From contig CAVPSB010000034.1 in NCBI GenBank assembly GCA_963708025.1, forward strand, positions 1 to 64,000: DNA of 64,000 bases, read 5' to 3'. The notes under the pieces are model-generated. The model was not told the DNA's origin. It saw nothing but the letters and a program-made list of their open reading frames with translations, and made no database searches. Below are positions 37,791 to 47,380 of the stretch, piece after piece. The position numbers were made by a program, and so were the translations under genes. How positions within the stretch are numbered: position 1 is the stretch's first letter; every line of letters starts with the position of its first letter. This stretch comes from an uncultured Candidatus Rokubacteria bacterium (GTDB lineage Bacteria; Methylomirabilota; Methylomirabilia; Rokubacteriales; DASRDR01).

Positions 37791-38977
37791 CGGCGATCCG
37801 CCGGCTCTGGCCGCGCGGCTACGCGTTCGCCATCGCCGGCATCGCCATCGGCGTCGCCGGGCTGGTCGCCCTCGGCGCCCTCGCCGAGCGGATCAGCCGC
37901 TTCATCGAGGGCGGCCACCGCTTCGTCGTCGGCCAGATCTCGGTCGCCGGGGCAGGGATCGGCACCGGGGCCGGCTTCACCGCCGGGGGCTTGATGCCGA
38001 GGCGCACGCTCGAGGCGCTCGCGCGGGTGCCGGGGGTGGCGGTGGTCCAGGCCCAGGTCATGGTGCCGGTGGACCCGGCCACTTCCCAGCTCTTCAGCGT
38101 GAACCAGGAAGTGATCCTCGGCCTCGACCTCGCGGTGCCGATCCCGAACCGGAGCTACCCCACCTTGCCGGTCGCCCGCGGCCGGTTCCTCCGCGCCGGG
38201 GATCGGGGCGCGGTCGTCGTCGGGGCCGACTTCGCCGCCACCCGCCGGCTCGGCCTGGCCGATCGCGTGCGGCTCCACGGACGGGACTTCCAGGTGACCG
38301 GCGTCCTCGAGCGGATGCTCACCGCCCCGGACCGGTTCGCGATCGTGTCGCTGGAGGATGCCCGCGACCTCTGGCTCGCCCTGGATCCGACGCTCCGGGC
38401 CCTCTTCGCGGCCGGCGGCGCGCTCTCGCGTGACGACCTCAACACGGGGGCGGCCGTCGGCTGGGCCGACGGCGTGGACCCGAACGCGCTGGCCGCCCGG
38501 ATCCGCCGGGAGGTGCCCGGCGTCAACGTCGCCCCGCCGGCCGAGGTCGCGCGCCAGCTCGAGGCCTCGACCACGTTCTTCACCTGGCTCCTGGCCGGGG
38601 TCGGCGGGATCGGCCTGCTGATCGGTGGGCTGTCGCTCTCGAACACGGTGGCCGCCTCGACCTTCGAGCGCATCCGGGACTTCGGGATCAAGCAGGCGCT
38701 GGGGGCGAGCGACGGCCAGCTCTTCGGGGAGGTGCTGCGGGAGAGCCTGGTGGTCAGCCTCTCGGGCGGCGTGGCCGGCACCGCCCTGGCGTGGCTCGGC
38801 GGCGCCGTCGTCAACACCCGGGCCGCCCACGCCGGCCAGCAGCTCTTCCTCTTCTCGGGCCGGCTCCTCGGCTTCGCCGTCGTGTTCGCGGCCGGTCTGG
38901 GAGCGATCGCCGGGGCCTACGCGACCGCGCGGATCCTCCGGGTGCCGCCGGCCGAAGCGATCCGTCGGGGCGCGTGA
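37787..38977 (+). CDS. MacB/FtsX-type ABC permease
   Basis: N-terminal TM, periplasmic domain, SNTVAASTFERIRDFGIKQALGA, PPAEAIR. Confidence 0.88.
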   Translation: MTAIRRLWPRGYAFAIAGIAIGVAGLVALGALAERISRFIEGGHRFVVGQISVAGAGIGTGAGFTAGGLMPRRTLEALARVPGVAVVQAQVMVPVDPATSQLFSVNQEVILGLDLAVPIPNRSYPTLPVARGRFLRAGDRGAVVVGADFAATRRLGLADRVRLHGRDFQVTGVLERMLTAPDRFAIVSLEDARDLWLALDPTLRALFAAGGALSRDDLNTGAAVGWADGVDPNALAARIRREVPGVNVAPPAEVARQLEASTTFFTWLLAGVGGIGLLIGGLSLSNTVAASTFERIRDFGIKQALGASDGQLFGEVLRESLVVSLSGGVAGTALAWLGGAVVNTRAAHAGQQLFLFSGRLLGFAVVFAAGLGAIAGAYATARILRVPPAEAIRRGA

Positions 38978-40464
38978 TGCCGGAGCCGGTGGACCTCATC
39001 GTCGTCGGCGGGGGAAACGCCGCCCTGTGCGCCGCGCTGGCCGCGCGGGAGCAGGGAGCGCGCGTCCTGCTCCTCGAGAAGGCGCCGGAGGCCGAGCGTG
39101 GGGGGAACTCGCTCTTCACCGGGGGCGGCTTCCGGTTCGCCCACCGGGGCCTCGAGGACCTCCGGCGGGACGTCCTCGTCGACCTGACCGAGAGCGAGGC
39201 CCAGGCGGTCGAGGTGCCGCCGTACCCGGAGGACGCCTTCTACGACGACCTCATGCGGCTGACCGAGAACTGCGCCAACCCGGATCTCGCGGACCTGCTC
39301 GTCCGCCGCTCGCGCCCGACCATCGTCTGGATGCGCACGCAGGGGATCCGCTGGATCCTGATGTTCAACCGCCAGTCGTACCGGGTCGGCGATCGCCACC
39401 GCTTCTGGGGCGGGCTCCACGTCGAGGCCGTCGGCGGCGGGCACGGGCTCGTCCAGGCGCTGTACGACCGCGCGGCGCGCGCCGGGGTCGAGGTGCGCTA
39501 CGGGACCGGCGCCCGCCGGCTCCTGGTCGACCGGCGAGGCGCCGTCACCGGGGTCGTCGCGCGCGGGCCGGAGGGCTTCGACGAGCTGCCGGCGCGGGCG
39601 GTGGTGCTCGCGTGCGGGGGCTTCGAGGCGAACCCCGAGTGGCGAACGCGCTACCTCGGCCCCGGCTGGGAGCTGGCCCGCGTGCGCGGCACCCGGCACA
39701 ACGTGGGCGACGGCATCCGCATGGCGCTCGAGATCGGCGCCCAGCCCTACGGGCACTGGTCGTCCTGCCACGCCGTCGCCTGGGACCTGAACGCCCCCGA
39801 GTTCGGCGACCGCAAGGTGCTCGACCTCTTCCAGAAGCACTCCTACCCGCTCGGGCTCATCGTCAACGTGCGCGGCGACCGGTTCGTGGACGAGGGCGCC
39901 GACCTCCGCAACTACACCTACGCCAAGTACGGGCGGGCCATCCTCGGCCAGCCGCTCCGTACCGCCTGGCAGCTCTTCGACCAGAAGGTGGTGGCGCTCC
40001 TCCGCGAGGAGTACCGGATCCGCGAGGTGACGAAGGTCGAGGCGGGCACGCTCGAGGAGCTGGCCCGCCGCTGCGAGATCGACGAGGCCGGGCTCGTCCG
40101 GACGGTGCGCGAGTACAACGCGGCGGTGCAGGACGCGCCGGCGTTCAACCCGGCGATCCTCGACGGCAAGGGGACGCGCGGCGTCACGCCGCCCAAGTCG
40201 AACTGGGCCCAGCGGCTCGACAGCCCGCCCTTCCTCGCCTACGGGGTGACGTGCGGGATCACCTTCACGTTCGGCGGCCTCCGCGTCGACGCGCAGGCGG
40301 CGGTGCTCGACACCGAGGACCGCCCGATCCCCGGGCTCTACGCCGCCGGGGAGCTGGTCGGCGGCCTCTTCTACCACAATTATCCAGGCGGGTCCGGCCT
40401 CATGGCGGGGTCGACCTTCGGCAAGCTGGCGGGGGAGCACGCAGGCCTCTTCGCCCGGAGCTGA
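38977..40464 (+). CDS. tcuA: FAD-dependent tricarballylate dehydrogenase-like protein
   Basis: VVGGGNAALCAAL, RGGNS, LACGGFEAN, RGTRHNVGDG, GITFTFGG, GLFYHNYPGGSGL. Confidence 0.82.
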   Translation: MPEPVDLIVVGGGNAALCAALAAREQGARVLLLEKAPEAERGGNSLFTGGGFRFAHRGLEDLRRDVLVDLTESEAQAVEVPPYPEDAFYDDLMRLTENCANPDLADLLVRRSRPTIVWMRTQGIRWILMFNRQSYRVGDRHRFWGGLHVEAVGGGHGLVQALYDRAARAGVEVRYGTGARRLLVDRRGAVTGVVARGPEGFDELPARAVVLACGGFEANPEWRTRYLGPGWELARVRGTRHNVGDGIRMALEIGAQPYGHWSSCHAVAWDLNAPEFGDRKVLDLFQKHSYPLGLIVNVRGDRFVDEGADLRNYTYAKYGRAILGQPLRTAWQLFDQKVVALLREEYRIREVTKVEAGTLEELARRCEIDEAGLVRTVREYNAAVQDAPAFNPAILDGKGTRGVTPPKSNWAQRLDSPPFLAYGVTCGITFTFGGLRVDAQAAVLDTEDRPIPGLYAAGELVGGLFYHNYPGGSGLMAGSTFGKLAGEHAGLFARS

Positions 40465-40578
40465 GGGCGTGTGAAGGAATGGGTTCCTCCGACTCCCCCC
40501 TCCCCCCGGTGGGTGGGGGAGGGGGCCAAAGGCCGAAGGCCGTCGAACGGTCGGGGTAGGCGGGAGGTCACCAAATAA
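40462..40578 (+). repeat. Repeat family A copy 6
   Basis: TGAGGGCGTGTGAAGGAATGGG...CCCCCCTCCCCCCGGTGGGTGGGGGAGGGGG-[M]-GGGTAGGCGGGAGGTCACCAAATAA. Confidence 0.9.
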
Positions 40579-40580
40579 CC

Positions 40581-41255
40581 GTGCTGCGCGGCGTCGGGCT
40601 CCGCAAGACGTTTCGGGGTCCCGACGGCCGGGCGATCGAGGTGCTGCGCGGCGTCGACTTGAGCCTCGCCCCCGGCGAGCAGGTCGCCGTCGTCGGCCGC
40701 TCGGGGTCGGGCAAGTCCACGCTGCTGAACCTCCTCGGGTGCCTGGACCGGGCCGACGGGGGCGAGCTGTGGTTCGGGGATCAGGAGCTGACTCGGGCCG
40801 GCCGGCGGTCGCTGACCCGCTTCCGGGGCCGGCAGCTCGGGTTCGTCTTCCAGTCGTTTCACCTGATCGCGTCGCTGACGGCCTGGGAGAACGTGCTGCT
40901 GGCGGCCCGCTACCTTCGCCGCGACGGCGGCGAGGCCGCCCGCGCCGCCGCCGCTCTCTTCGAGCGCCTCGGGATCGCGCACCGGCGGGATCACTATCCG
41001 GCCGCGCTCTCCGGGGGCGAGCAGCAGCGGGTGGCGTTCTGCCGGGCGGTGCTCAACGACCCGGCGGTGATCCTCGCCGACGAGCCGACCGGGAACCTCG
41101 ACGAGGACAACGCCCGCGTCATCCTGGACGAGCTGCGCGCACGGGCCCGCGCCGGCGGCGCCGTCCTCCTGGTCACCCACAGCGCCGAGCTGGCCCGCAC
41201 CGCCGACCGCGTCCTCCACCTCACCGACGGCCGCCTCGATTCCAACTCGGCATGA
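40581..41255 (+). CDS. ABC ATP-binding protein (LolD/MacB-like)
   Basis: GRSGSGKST, GFVFQSFHL, LSGGEQQRVA, ADEPTGNLD. Confidence 0.93.
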   Translation: MLRGVGLRKTFRGPDGRAIEVLRGVDLSLAPGEQVAVVGRSGSGKSTLLNLLGCLDRADGGELWFGDQELTRAGRRSLTRFRGRQLGFVFQSFHLIASLTAWENVLLAARYLRRDGGEAARAAAALFERLGIAHRRDHYPAALSGGEQQRVAFCRAVLNDPAVILADEPTGNLDEDNARVILDELRARARAGGAVLLVTHSAELARTADRVLHLTDGRLDSNSA

Positions 41256-42854
41256 AGAAGAAGTCGGGCACCGGGCGGCGGCGTGTTCAGCCCGCAGACC
41301 TCCTCGTCCTCGGCGAGGCCGAGCTCGCCCGTCTCCTCGCCGATCAGCTCGGCAGCCTCCCGTCCCACCGGCAGGCGCAGTGGATCCGGCAGCACCTGCC
41401 CGCCGGGCGAGACCAGCCCGCTTCGAAGACCCTCCTGGCGGAGGTCGAGCAATTCTGCGAGCAGTCGCGATCCGGGGCCTTCATCTCGTGGGTGGACGAG
41501 AACGAGTGGACCGACCTCGACGACGAGGGGGAGGATGCGGGCGAGTTCCAGGAGTGGGTCGAGCTGTTCACCGAGCTGATGAAAGAGACGATGAAGCTCA
41601 CGGCGTCCGGCCGGCACGGGGACGCCGTCAAGGCCTACGAGATGCTGCTCGGCCTCCTGAAGGATGCCGGGGAGACGACGGACATCCTCGGCAACCACGG
41701 GGCCCCCGAGGACTCGGTGGAGCTCGACTTCGCCAAGGTGATCGAGGCCTACACGCGCAGCCTCGTGGCCACTCGATCGGACGTGGAGGAGGTCATCGCG
41801 GAAGCGCTCCGCGTCGCCGTGAAGTACGGGTACCGCGGCGGCTTCCTGGGCCTCGCCCGAGCGCTGGACAGCAGGGGACGGGAGCGCCTCCGGGCGCGAC
41901 TGTCGGCGTCGGCGGAGGCGGCCCTGAAGACGGCCGGGCGAGACTCTCCGCCCGCGGTGGAAGGCCTGATCGCGCTGGCCCGGGTGGCGAGGAACGAGCC
42001 CCAAGTCCTGGCTCTCAAGGAGCGGTTCGCGTCCCGGAATGCCGTCTACCTCCAGGAGGCGCTCGCTCACCACCAGAAGAAGAAGGACTGGACCGCCGTG
42101 GCCCGGCTCGCCGAGATCGGCGTGCGGGAGTTCGGCAACCATGGCGAGTTCGCCAAGGCGCTCGTCCGGGCCCGCGAGGCCCTCGGGGATCGGACGGCCG
42201 GCCAGGAGGCCCGGATCGAGCACTTCCTGAGCGAGCCCGGCGCCGCGGCGTTCGCGGAGCTGAAGCGACGGTCCGAAGCCCTCGGCAACTGGACGGTGGT
42301 CCTCGATCGCCTCCTCCGCGCCGTGGCACCGCCGAGCCCGACCCGATGGGATGGGACCGGCCTTCGCAGTCGATTGCTCCTGGCCGAAGGCCGCGAGCGC
42401 GAGGCGCTCGACGGGATGGCGGGACGCCGGCGTCCCATGGACATCGATGAGCTGAAGCTCGTCGCCAAGTACGCGGTCGCCCGGTCGTCGGAGGGCTCGG
42501 ACCTCGCCCGGCTCCCGAAGCTCGGCGAGCTTCAGCGACGCCTGAAACGCGACAAGGAGGAGCCGTACGACTGGCTTCGGCTGATCCTCCAGAGCCCGGC
42601 GGCGTCGAGTCGCGCTGAGTACGCGACCCTCGCCGCCGTCACGTACCGGCACCTCGTGGACCTCCACCTCGACTCCGGCAAACCCTCGCGGGCGGCGCCG
42701 GCGGCCCACTACTGCGCCATCGTCGTCGAGCTGTCCCGGCTGGTGAACGAGCCCCGACTGTGGACTCGATCTGCTACGCCATCTCCGGGAGCGCCACGCG
42801 AGGAAGCGCCTCATCTGGACGAGACTGAAGGCGGAGGCGTGCCCAATCGAGTGA
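41252..42854 (+). CDS. Hypothetical all-helical protein; probable +1 frameshift near 42767
   Basis: ATGA overlap start. After 42767 the alternative frame gives a plausible end, DLLRHLRERHARKRLIWTRLKAEACPIE*; the uncorrected ORF ends at 42928. Confidence 0.65.
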
Positions 42855-43145
42855 CGGGGTCTGGAGGGATCGACGCCCCGCTCCCGCCGCAGCCTCTGGC
42901 GCGTTTCCTCGACTGTCTCGGGGCGTAGAGGTGGCACTTCCCGGGCACCACCGCGACCAGGAGCCGGCGCCTCTCGTCGCAGCTTCACCGCGAGGAGACG
43001 CCTCTCGGTACCGTGATCGCAATCGCATCACCACGTTCAGCGGCCTCGGGCGCGTCCGAGACACCGGTCGATTCTGAGTGGCCTCGGGCGGGTACCGTCT
43101 GGTACGCTTCGAGAAGCTGTCGGCCGAGGGAGGGGCACCCGGAGG

Positions 43146-44402
43146 ATGGCGGACGTGACGAAGGCGGTCGTCCTGGCGGCATCGCCGGACGGCCTGACGA
43201 TGGTGGCCGGGCTGCCGCTGGCGATGCGTGCGGTGCTGGCGCTCGAGGCGGCGGGCTTCACCGGGATCGGGATCGCCGCGGGAGAGCAGGCGCCGGCGCT
43301 CCGCCAGTGGCTCGACCGCCGGGGCCTGGGCGACCGGGTGGCCTGGCTGGCGACGCCGGACGAGGTGGAGGCGTGGGCCGGGGCCGATCCGGTCCTGGTG
43401 CTGGCCGGCGCGGTCCTCTTCGACGGGGCCGTGCTGGCCCCGCTCGGCGAAGCCGTCCGCGCCGGCGAGCGGCGGGTGATCCGGGCGGCCGCGCCGTCTG
43501 GCAGACTGCGGCTGGCGGTGTGTCCGGGGACGCTGCTGCCCGCGCTCCTCGGCGAGCTCGACGGCGGGCGGCGATCCCTGACCGAGGCGCTCGCCCGGGT
43601 CGGCGGCCTCGACGGGCCGGCCGTGCCGCTCGGCGACGGCCTGTACGCTCCGCTCGATGCCGCGCACCCGCCGGCCGCGCTTCAGGCCGCGCTCTTCACC
43701 GATCTCGCCCGGCGGACCGCGGCGAAGGACAGCTACCTGGCGGCCCTCATCGACCGGCGCCTGTCGCGCCCGGTCACCGGCCTGCTCCTCCGCCTGCCGA
43801 TCACCCCGTCCCAGATCACCGTCGCCAGCATCGTGCTCGGGCTCCTGGGCGCCGCCGGTCTCGGGACCGTCTCGTACGCCGGGCGGCTCGGCGGGGTGCT
43901 GGCCCTCGTCGGGTCGATCGTGCTGGACTGCGTGGACGGCGAGGTGGCCCGCGCGCGCTTCCAGCAGAGCGCCGCTGGCGCGCGCCTCGACGTGATCGGG
44001 GACTACGTGGTCAACTTCGCGGCGTTCCTCGGCCTGGCCATCGGGCTGGCCCGGCAGGGGCTGCCACCGGGTGGGGGCTGGGCGATCCTGGCGCTCGTGG
44101 CCGGCGTGGCGACGGCGATGGGGACCATGCACCGGCTCTTCGTCCGCCCCGCGCTCGCCCAGGGCGGCGACCTCCACTGGGCCGGGGACGGGGAGGGCTT
44201 CCAGGCCACCCGGGTGGCGGCGTTCGTGGAGAAGATCGCCAGCCGCGACTACACCTACCTCCTCCTCGTCTGCGCGCTGCTCGGTCACCTCGAGTGGTTC
44301 CTCTACGCGTCGGCGGTCGGCGCCTGGGCGTTCGTGGCCGGAGTCCTGGGGTACGCCTGGTATCTCCGACCGGCGCCGCAACGGCCGGCGGTCTCCCAGT
44401 GA
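43146..44402 (+). CDS. CDP-alcohol phosphatidyltransferase fused to a degenerate nucleotidyltransferase-like domain
   Basis: KAVVLAA...VAGLPLA N-terminus; ITPSQIT, LDCVDGEVARARFQQSAAGARLD signature. Confidence 0.85.
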   Translation: MADVTKAVVLAASPDGLTMVAGLPLAMRAVLALEAAGFTGIGIAAGEQAPALRQWLDRRGLGDRVAWLATPDEVEAWAGADPVLVLAGAVLFDGAVLAPLGEAVRAGERRVIRAAAPSGRLRLAVCPGTLLPALLGELDGGRRSLTEALARVGGLDGPAVPLGDGLYAPLDAAHPPAALQAALFTDLARRTAAKDSYLAALIDRRLSRPVTGLLLRLPITPSQITVASIVLGLLGAAGLGTVSYAGRLGGVLALVGSIVLDCVDGEVARARFQQSAAGARLDVIGDYVVNFAAFLGLAIGLARQGLPPGGGWAILALVAGVATAMGTMHRLFVRPALAQGGDLHWAGDGEGFQATRVAAFVEKIASRDYTYLLLVCALLGHLEWFLYASAVGAWAFVAGVLGYAWYLRPAPQRPAVSQ

Positions 44403-45412
44403 GCTACCTTCGGCGGCACTGGATCGAGCTGGGCTGTCTCGGGGTGGGCCTCGTCGTTCTCGGCGTGACCCTCTGGCAGATCGGCGTCCACACCCTGGTC
44501 CACGACCTGCGGGCCCTCGGCTGGGGGCTCGTCGCCGTCCTGCTCATCGAGACCCTGAGCGTGCTCTTCAACACCTGGGGCTGGGGCCTGGCCTTTCCCG
44601 CCGGCGAGCGCGCGGTCAGCGGGCGGCGGCTCCTGGCGGCGCGGCTGGCCGGGGACGGGGTGAACTACCTCACGCCGTCGGGCACCGTCGGGGGCGAGTT
44701 CCTCCGCATTCGCCTCCTCGGCGGCGCCGTGCCCCTCGGCGTCCGCTGGGCCTCGGTCGGTGTCGCCAAGCTGGCCCAGGCGGTCGCCCAGGCCGTGTTC
44801 GTCCTCCTCGGCCTCGCCCTGGTGCTGCCCCACCTGACCCACGTGAGCCACGAGGTGGCGTGGATCGCGGGGGGAGGAGCGGCGCTCCTGGTGTCGCTCG
44901 GGCTCGCGGGGCTCCTCGGGCGCGGCCTGTGGGCGACCGTCGAGGGGCTCGCGGGACGCCTCGGGCTGGCCCGCCGGGTGCCGGAGGGCTGGGCGGGACC
45001 GGGCCGGGAGCTGGACGCGGCCGTCGCCCGCCTGGGTCACCGCCGGCTGACCGGGTCGCTGGCCTGCTTCGTGGCAGGCTGGGCGGTGGGTGCCGTCGAG
45101 ATCTACGCCATCCTCGCCTGGCTGGGCGGGCCGGTGGACTGGTCGACGGCCCTGGCGGTGGAGACCGGGTCGGTCATCATCGATGGTATCCTCTTCTTCG
45201 TGCCTGCCAAGGTGGGGACCCAGGAGGGGGGGAAGGTGCTGCTCTTCGCCGCCCTCGGCTTGAGCCCGGCCCGCGGCCTGACCGTGGGCGTGGTCCGCCG
45301 GATCCGCGAGCTGACCTATGCCGGGCTCGGCCTGGCGGCGCTCGGCGTCCTGACGGCCCGCGGGCAGCCTCGCCTCCATTCCGCCCTCATGCATCCATCG
45401 GAGCCCTCATGA
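44399..45412 (+). CDS. Flippase-like (LPG synthase TM / HpnL-like) membrane protein
   Basis: RLAGDGVNYLTPSGTVGGE, FFVPAKVGTQEGG, VRRIREL. Confidence 0.8.
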   Translation: MSYLRRHWIELGCLGVGLVVLGVTLWQIGVHTLVHDLRALGWGLVAVLLIETLSVLFNTWGWGLAFPAGERAVSGRRLLAARLAGDGVNYLTPSGTVGGEFLRIRLLGGAVPLGVRWASVGVAKLAQAVAQAVFVLLGLALVLPHLTHVSHEVAWIAGGGAALLVSLGLAGLLGRGLWATVEGLAGRLGLARRVPEGWAGPGRELDAAVARLGHRRLTGSLACFVAGWAVGAVEIYAILAWLGGPVDWSTALAVETGSVIIDGILFFVPAKVGTQEGGKVLLFAALGLSPARGLTVGVVRRIRELTYAGLGLAALGVLTARGQPRLHSALMHPSEPS

Positions 45413-46893
45413 GCGTCGCCGGCCAGTCCGCCCTCCGCACGCTGTTCCTCCATCCGCCCTCGTTCGAGGGCTTCGACGGCGGCGCCGGCTCGCGCTATCA
45501 GGCGCGCCGGGAGATCCGCTCGTTCTGGTATCCGACGTGGCTGGCCCAGCCGGCGGCCATGGTGCCGGGCAGCCGGCTGATCGACGCGCCGCCCGACGAG
45601 CTGACCGTGGAGCAGGTGGCCCCGCTGGCCCCGCAGTACGACCTGGCCGTGCTGCACACGAGCACGCCGTCCTTCGGGAACGACGCCCGGGTCGCGGAGC
45701 GGCTCAAGGCCGAGAACCCGCGACTGATGATCGGGATGGTGGGTGCCCACGTCGGCGTGCTGCCCCAGCAGTCGCTCAAGGCGGCGCCGGCGGTGGACTG
45801 GGTCGGGGTCGGCGAGTTCGACTACGCGTGCGCGGAGGTCGCAGCCGGCAGCCCGCTGCCGAAGGTGTGCGGCATCGCGTATCGCGAGGGCGACCGGATC
45901 AAGTTCACCCCGCCGCGGCCGACGATCGAGGACATGGACGCGCTGCCGTTCGTGGTGGACGTCTACGAGCGCGACCTGACGATCGAGCACTACTTCATCG
46001 GCTACCTCCTGCATCCCTACGTCTCGCTCTACACCGGCCGGGGCTGTCGGTCCAAGTGCACCTTCTGCCTCTGGCCCCAGACGGTCGGGGGCCACCGCTA
46101 TCGCGTCCGCAGCCCGGAGAACGTCGAGGCGGAGATGGCGCGGGCCAAGGCGCACTTCCCCCAGGTGAAGGAGTTCTTCTTCGACGACGACACGTTCACC
46201 GACGACCTGCCGCGGGCCGAGGACATCGCCCGGCGGCTCGGCCGGCTCGGGTTGACGTGGTCGTGCAACGCCAAGGCCAACGTGCCGCGGAAGACCCTCG
46301 AGGTGATGCGGGACAACGGCCTCCGGCTCCTGCTCGTGGGGTACGAGTCGGGCAACCAGCAGATCCTCAACAACATCAAGAAGGGCATCCGGCTCGACAT
46401 CGCCCGGCGGTTCACCCGGGACGCCAAGGAGCTGGGCATCGTCATCCACGGCACGTTCATCCTCGGGCTCCCGGGGGAGACGCCGGAGACGATCCGCGAG
46501 ACGGTCCGCTACGCCTGCGAGATCGAGCCGGACACCATCCAGGTCTCCCTGGCCGCGCCGTACCCGGGGACCGAGCTGTACCGCCAGGCCCAGGAGCAGG
46601 GCTGGCTGGCGGCGCAGAGCGGGGAGCTGGTGGACACTCACGGCGTCCAGGTGGCCGCGCTCAACTACCCCGGGCTCTCCCAGACCGAGATCTTCACCTC
46701 CGTCGAGGAGTTCTACCGGCGCTTCTACTTCCGGCCACGGAAGATCGTCTCCATGGTCGGGGGCATGCTCCGCGATCCCGCCGTCATGCGGCGGCGGCTC
46801 CGGGAGGGCGTCGAGTTCTTCCGGTTCATGCGGGAGCGCAAGTCCCAGACCCGGGAGATGGCGGCTGCCGCTGGCTCCAGCACCACCGCCTGA
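45409..46893 (+). CDS. hpnJ: Hopanoid biosynthesis-associated radical SAM protein
   Basis: PPSFEGFDGGAGSRYQARREIRSFWYPTWLAQPAA N-terminus; CRSKCTFC motif. Confidence 0.93.
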   Translation: MSVAGQSALRTLFLHPPSFEGFDGGAGSRYQARREIRSFWYPTWLAQPAAMVPGSRLIDAPPDELTVEQVAPLAPQYDLAVLHTSTPSFGNDARVAERLKAENPRLMIGMVGAHVGVLPQQSLKAAPAVDWVGVGEFDYACAEVAAGSPLPKVCGIAYREGDRIKFTPPRPTIEDMDALPFVVDVYERDLTIEHYFIGYLLHPYVSLYTGRGCRSKCTFCLWPQTVGGHRYRVRSPENVEAEMARAKAHFPQVKEFFFDDDTFTDDLPRAEDIARRLGRLGLTWSCNAKANVPRKTLEVMRDNGLRLLLVGYESGNQQILNNIKKGIRLDIARRFTRDAKELGIVIHGTFILGLPGETPETIRETVRYACEIEPDTIQVSLAAPYPGTELYRQAQEQGWLAAQSGELVDTHGVQVAALNYPGLSQTEIFTSVEEFYRRFYFRPRKIVSMVGGMLRDPAVMRRRLREGVEFFRFMRERKSQTREMAAAAGSSTTA

Positions 46894-47021
46894 TCCTGGA
46901 TCGCCTGGTCGCAAACTAGCCACTTTCCCCGCCTCGGCTTCTCGGCCCGCCCCGGCGCCATTCGAAGAAAAACACTGGGATTGCCCTGACTTGAGGCTGA
47001 TGGCGAGCCGGCCCTCGGCGC

Positions 47022-47037
47022 TGGTACGCGACGTGCT
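47022..47037 (+). promoter_or_regulatory. Sigma54 (-24/-12) promoter
   Basis: TGGTACGCGACGTGCT = GG-N10-GC, ~24 nt before the GTG at 47061. Confidence 0.55.
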
Positions 47038-47060
47038 CTTCATGCGGCCGGGAGGGCAGC

Positions 47061-47306
47061 GTGAGACACGTGACGAGCCCGTCGCAGAAGCCGAGAGTCG
47101 AGACGCCCGAGCCAGGTCCTGGACGGGCGCGCCCCGTGCTCCGCGTGATCCAGGGCGGGGTGACCCGCCGCCGGCGTCTCGAGCCGCCCGGCACCCCGCG
47201 GCCGGCGTCCGATCCCGTGGCCGAGGCCGAGGAGGCCCCGCTCCGTCTCGAGGAGCTCCCGATCTACCTGCGCTCGATCCCGGCCTGGTTGCCGCGCCTC
47301 TGGTAG
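47061..47306 (+). CDS. Small hypothetical protein (81 aa)
   Basis: GGGAGG SD, LRVIQGG motif, C-terminal ELPIYLRSIPAWLPRLW. Confidence 0.6.
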   Translation: MRHVTSPSQKPRVETPEPGPGRARPVLRVIQGGVTRRRRLEPPGTPRPASDPVAEAEEAPLRLEELPIYLRSIPAWLPRLW

Positions 47307-47343
47307 CCGACCTCCGGTAGTCGCCCCGCCCTGGCGGGTGCCC

Positions 47344-47373
47344 TTGACGCTTCCGCCCGGGCGCCCGTACCTT
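47344..47373 (+). promoter_or_regulatory. Sigma70-type promoter, probably leaderless
   Basis: TTGACG-18 nt-TACCTT-7 nt-GTG(47381); no SD. Confidence 0.6.
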
Positions 47374-47380
47374 CCAACCC

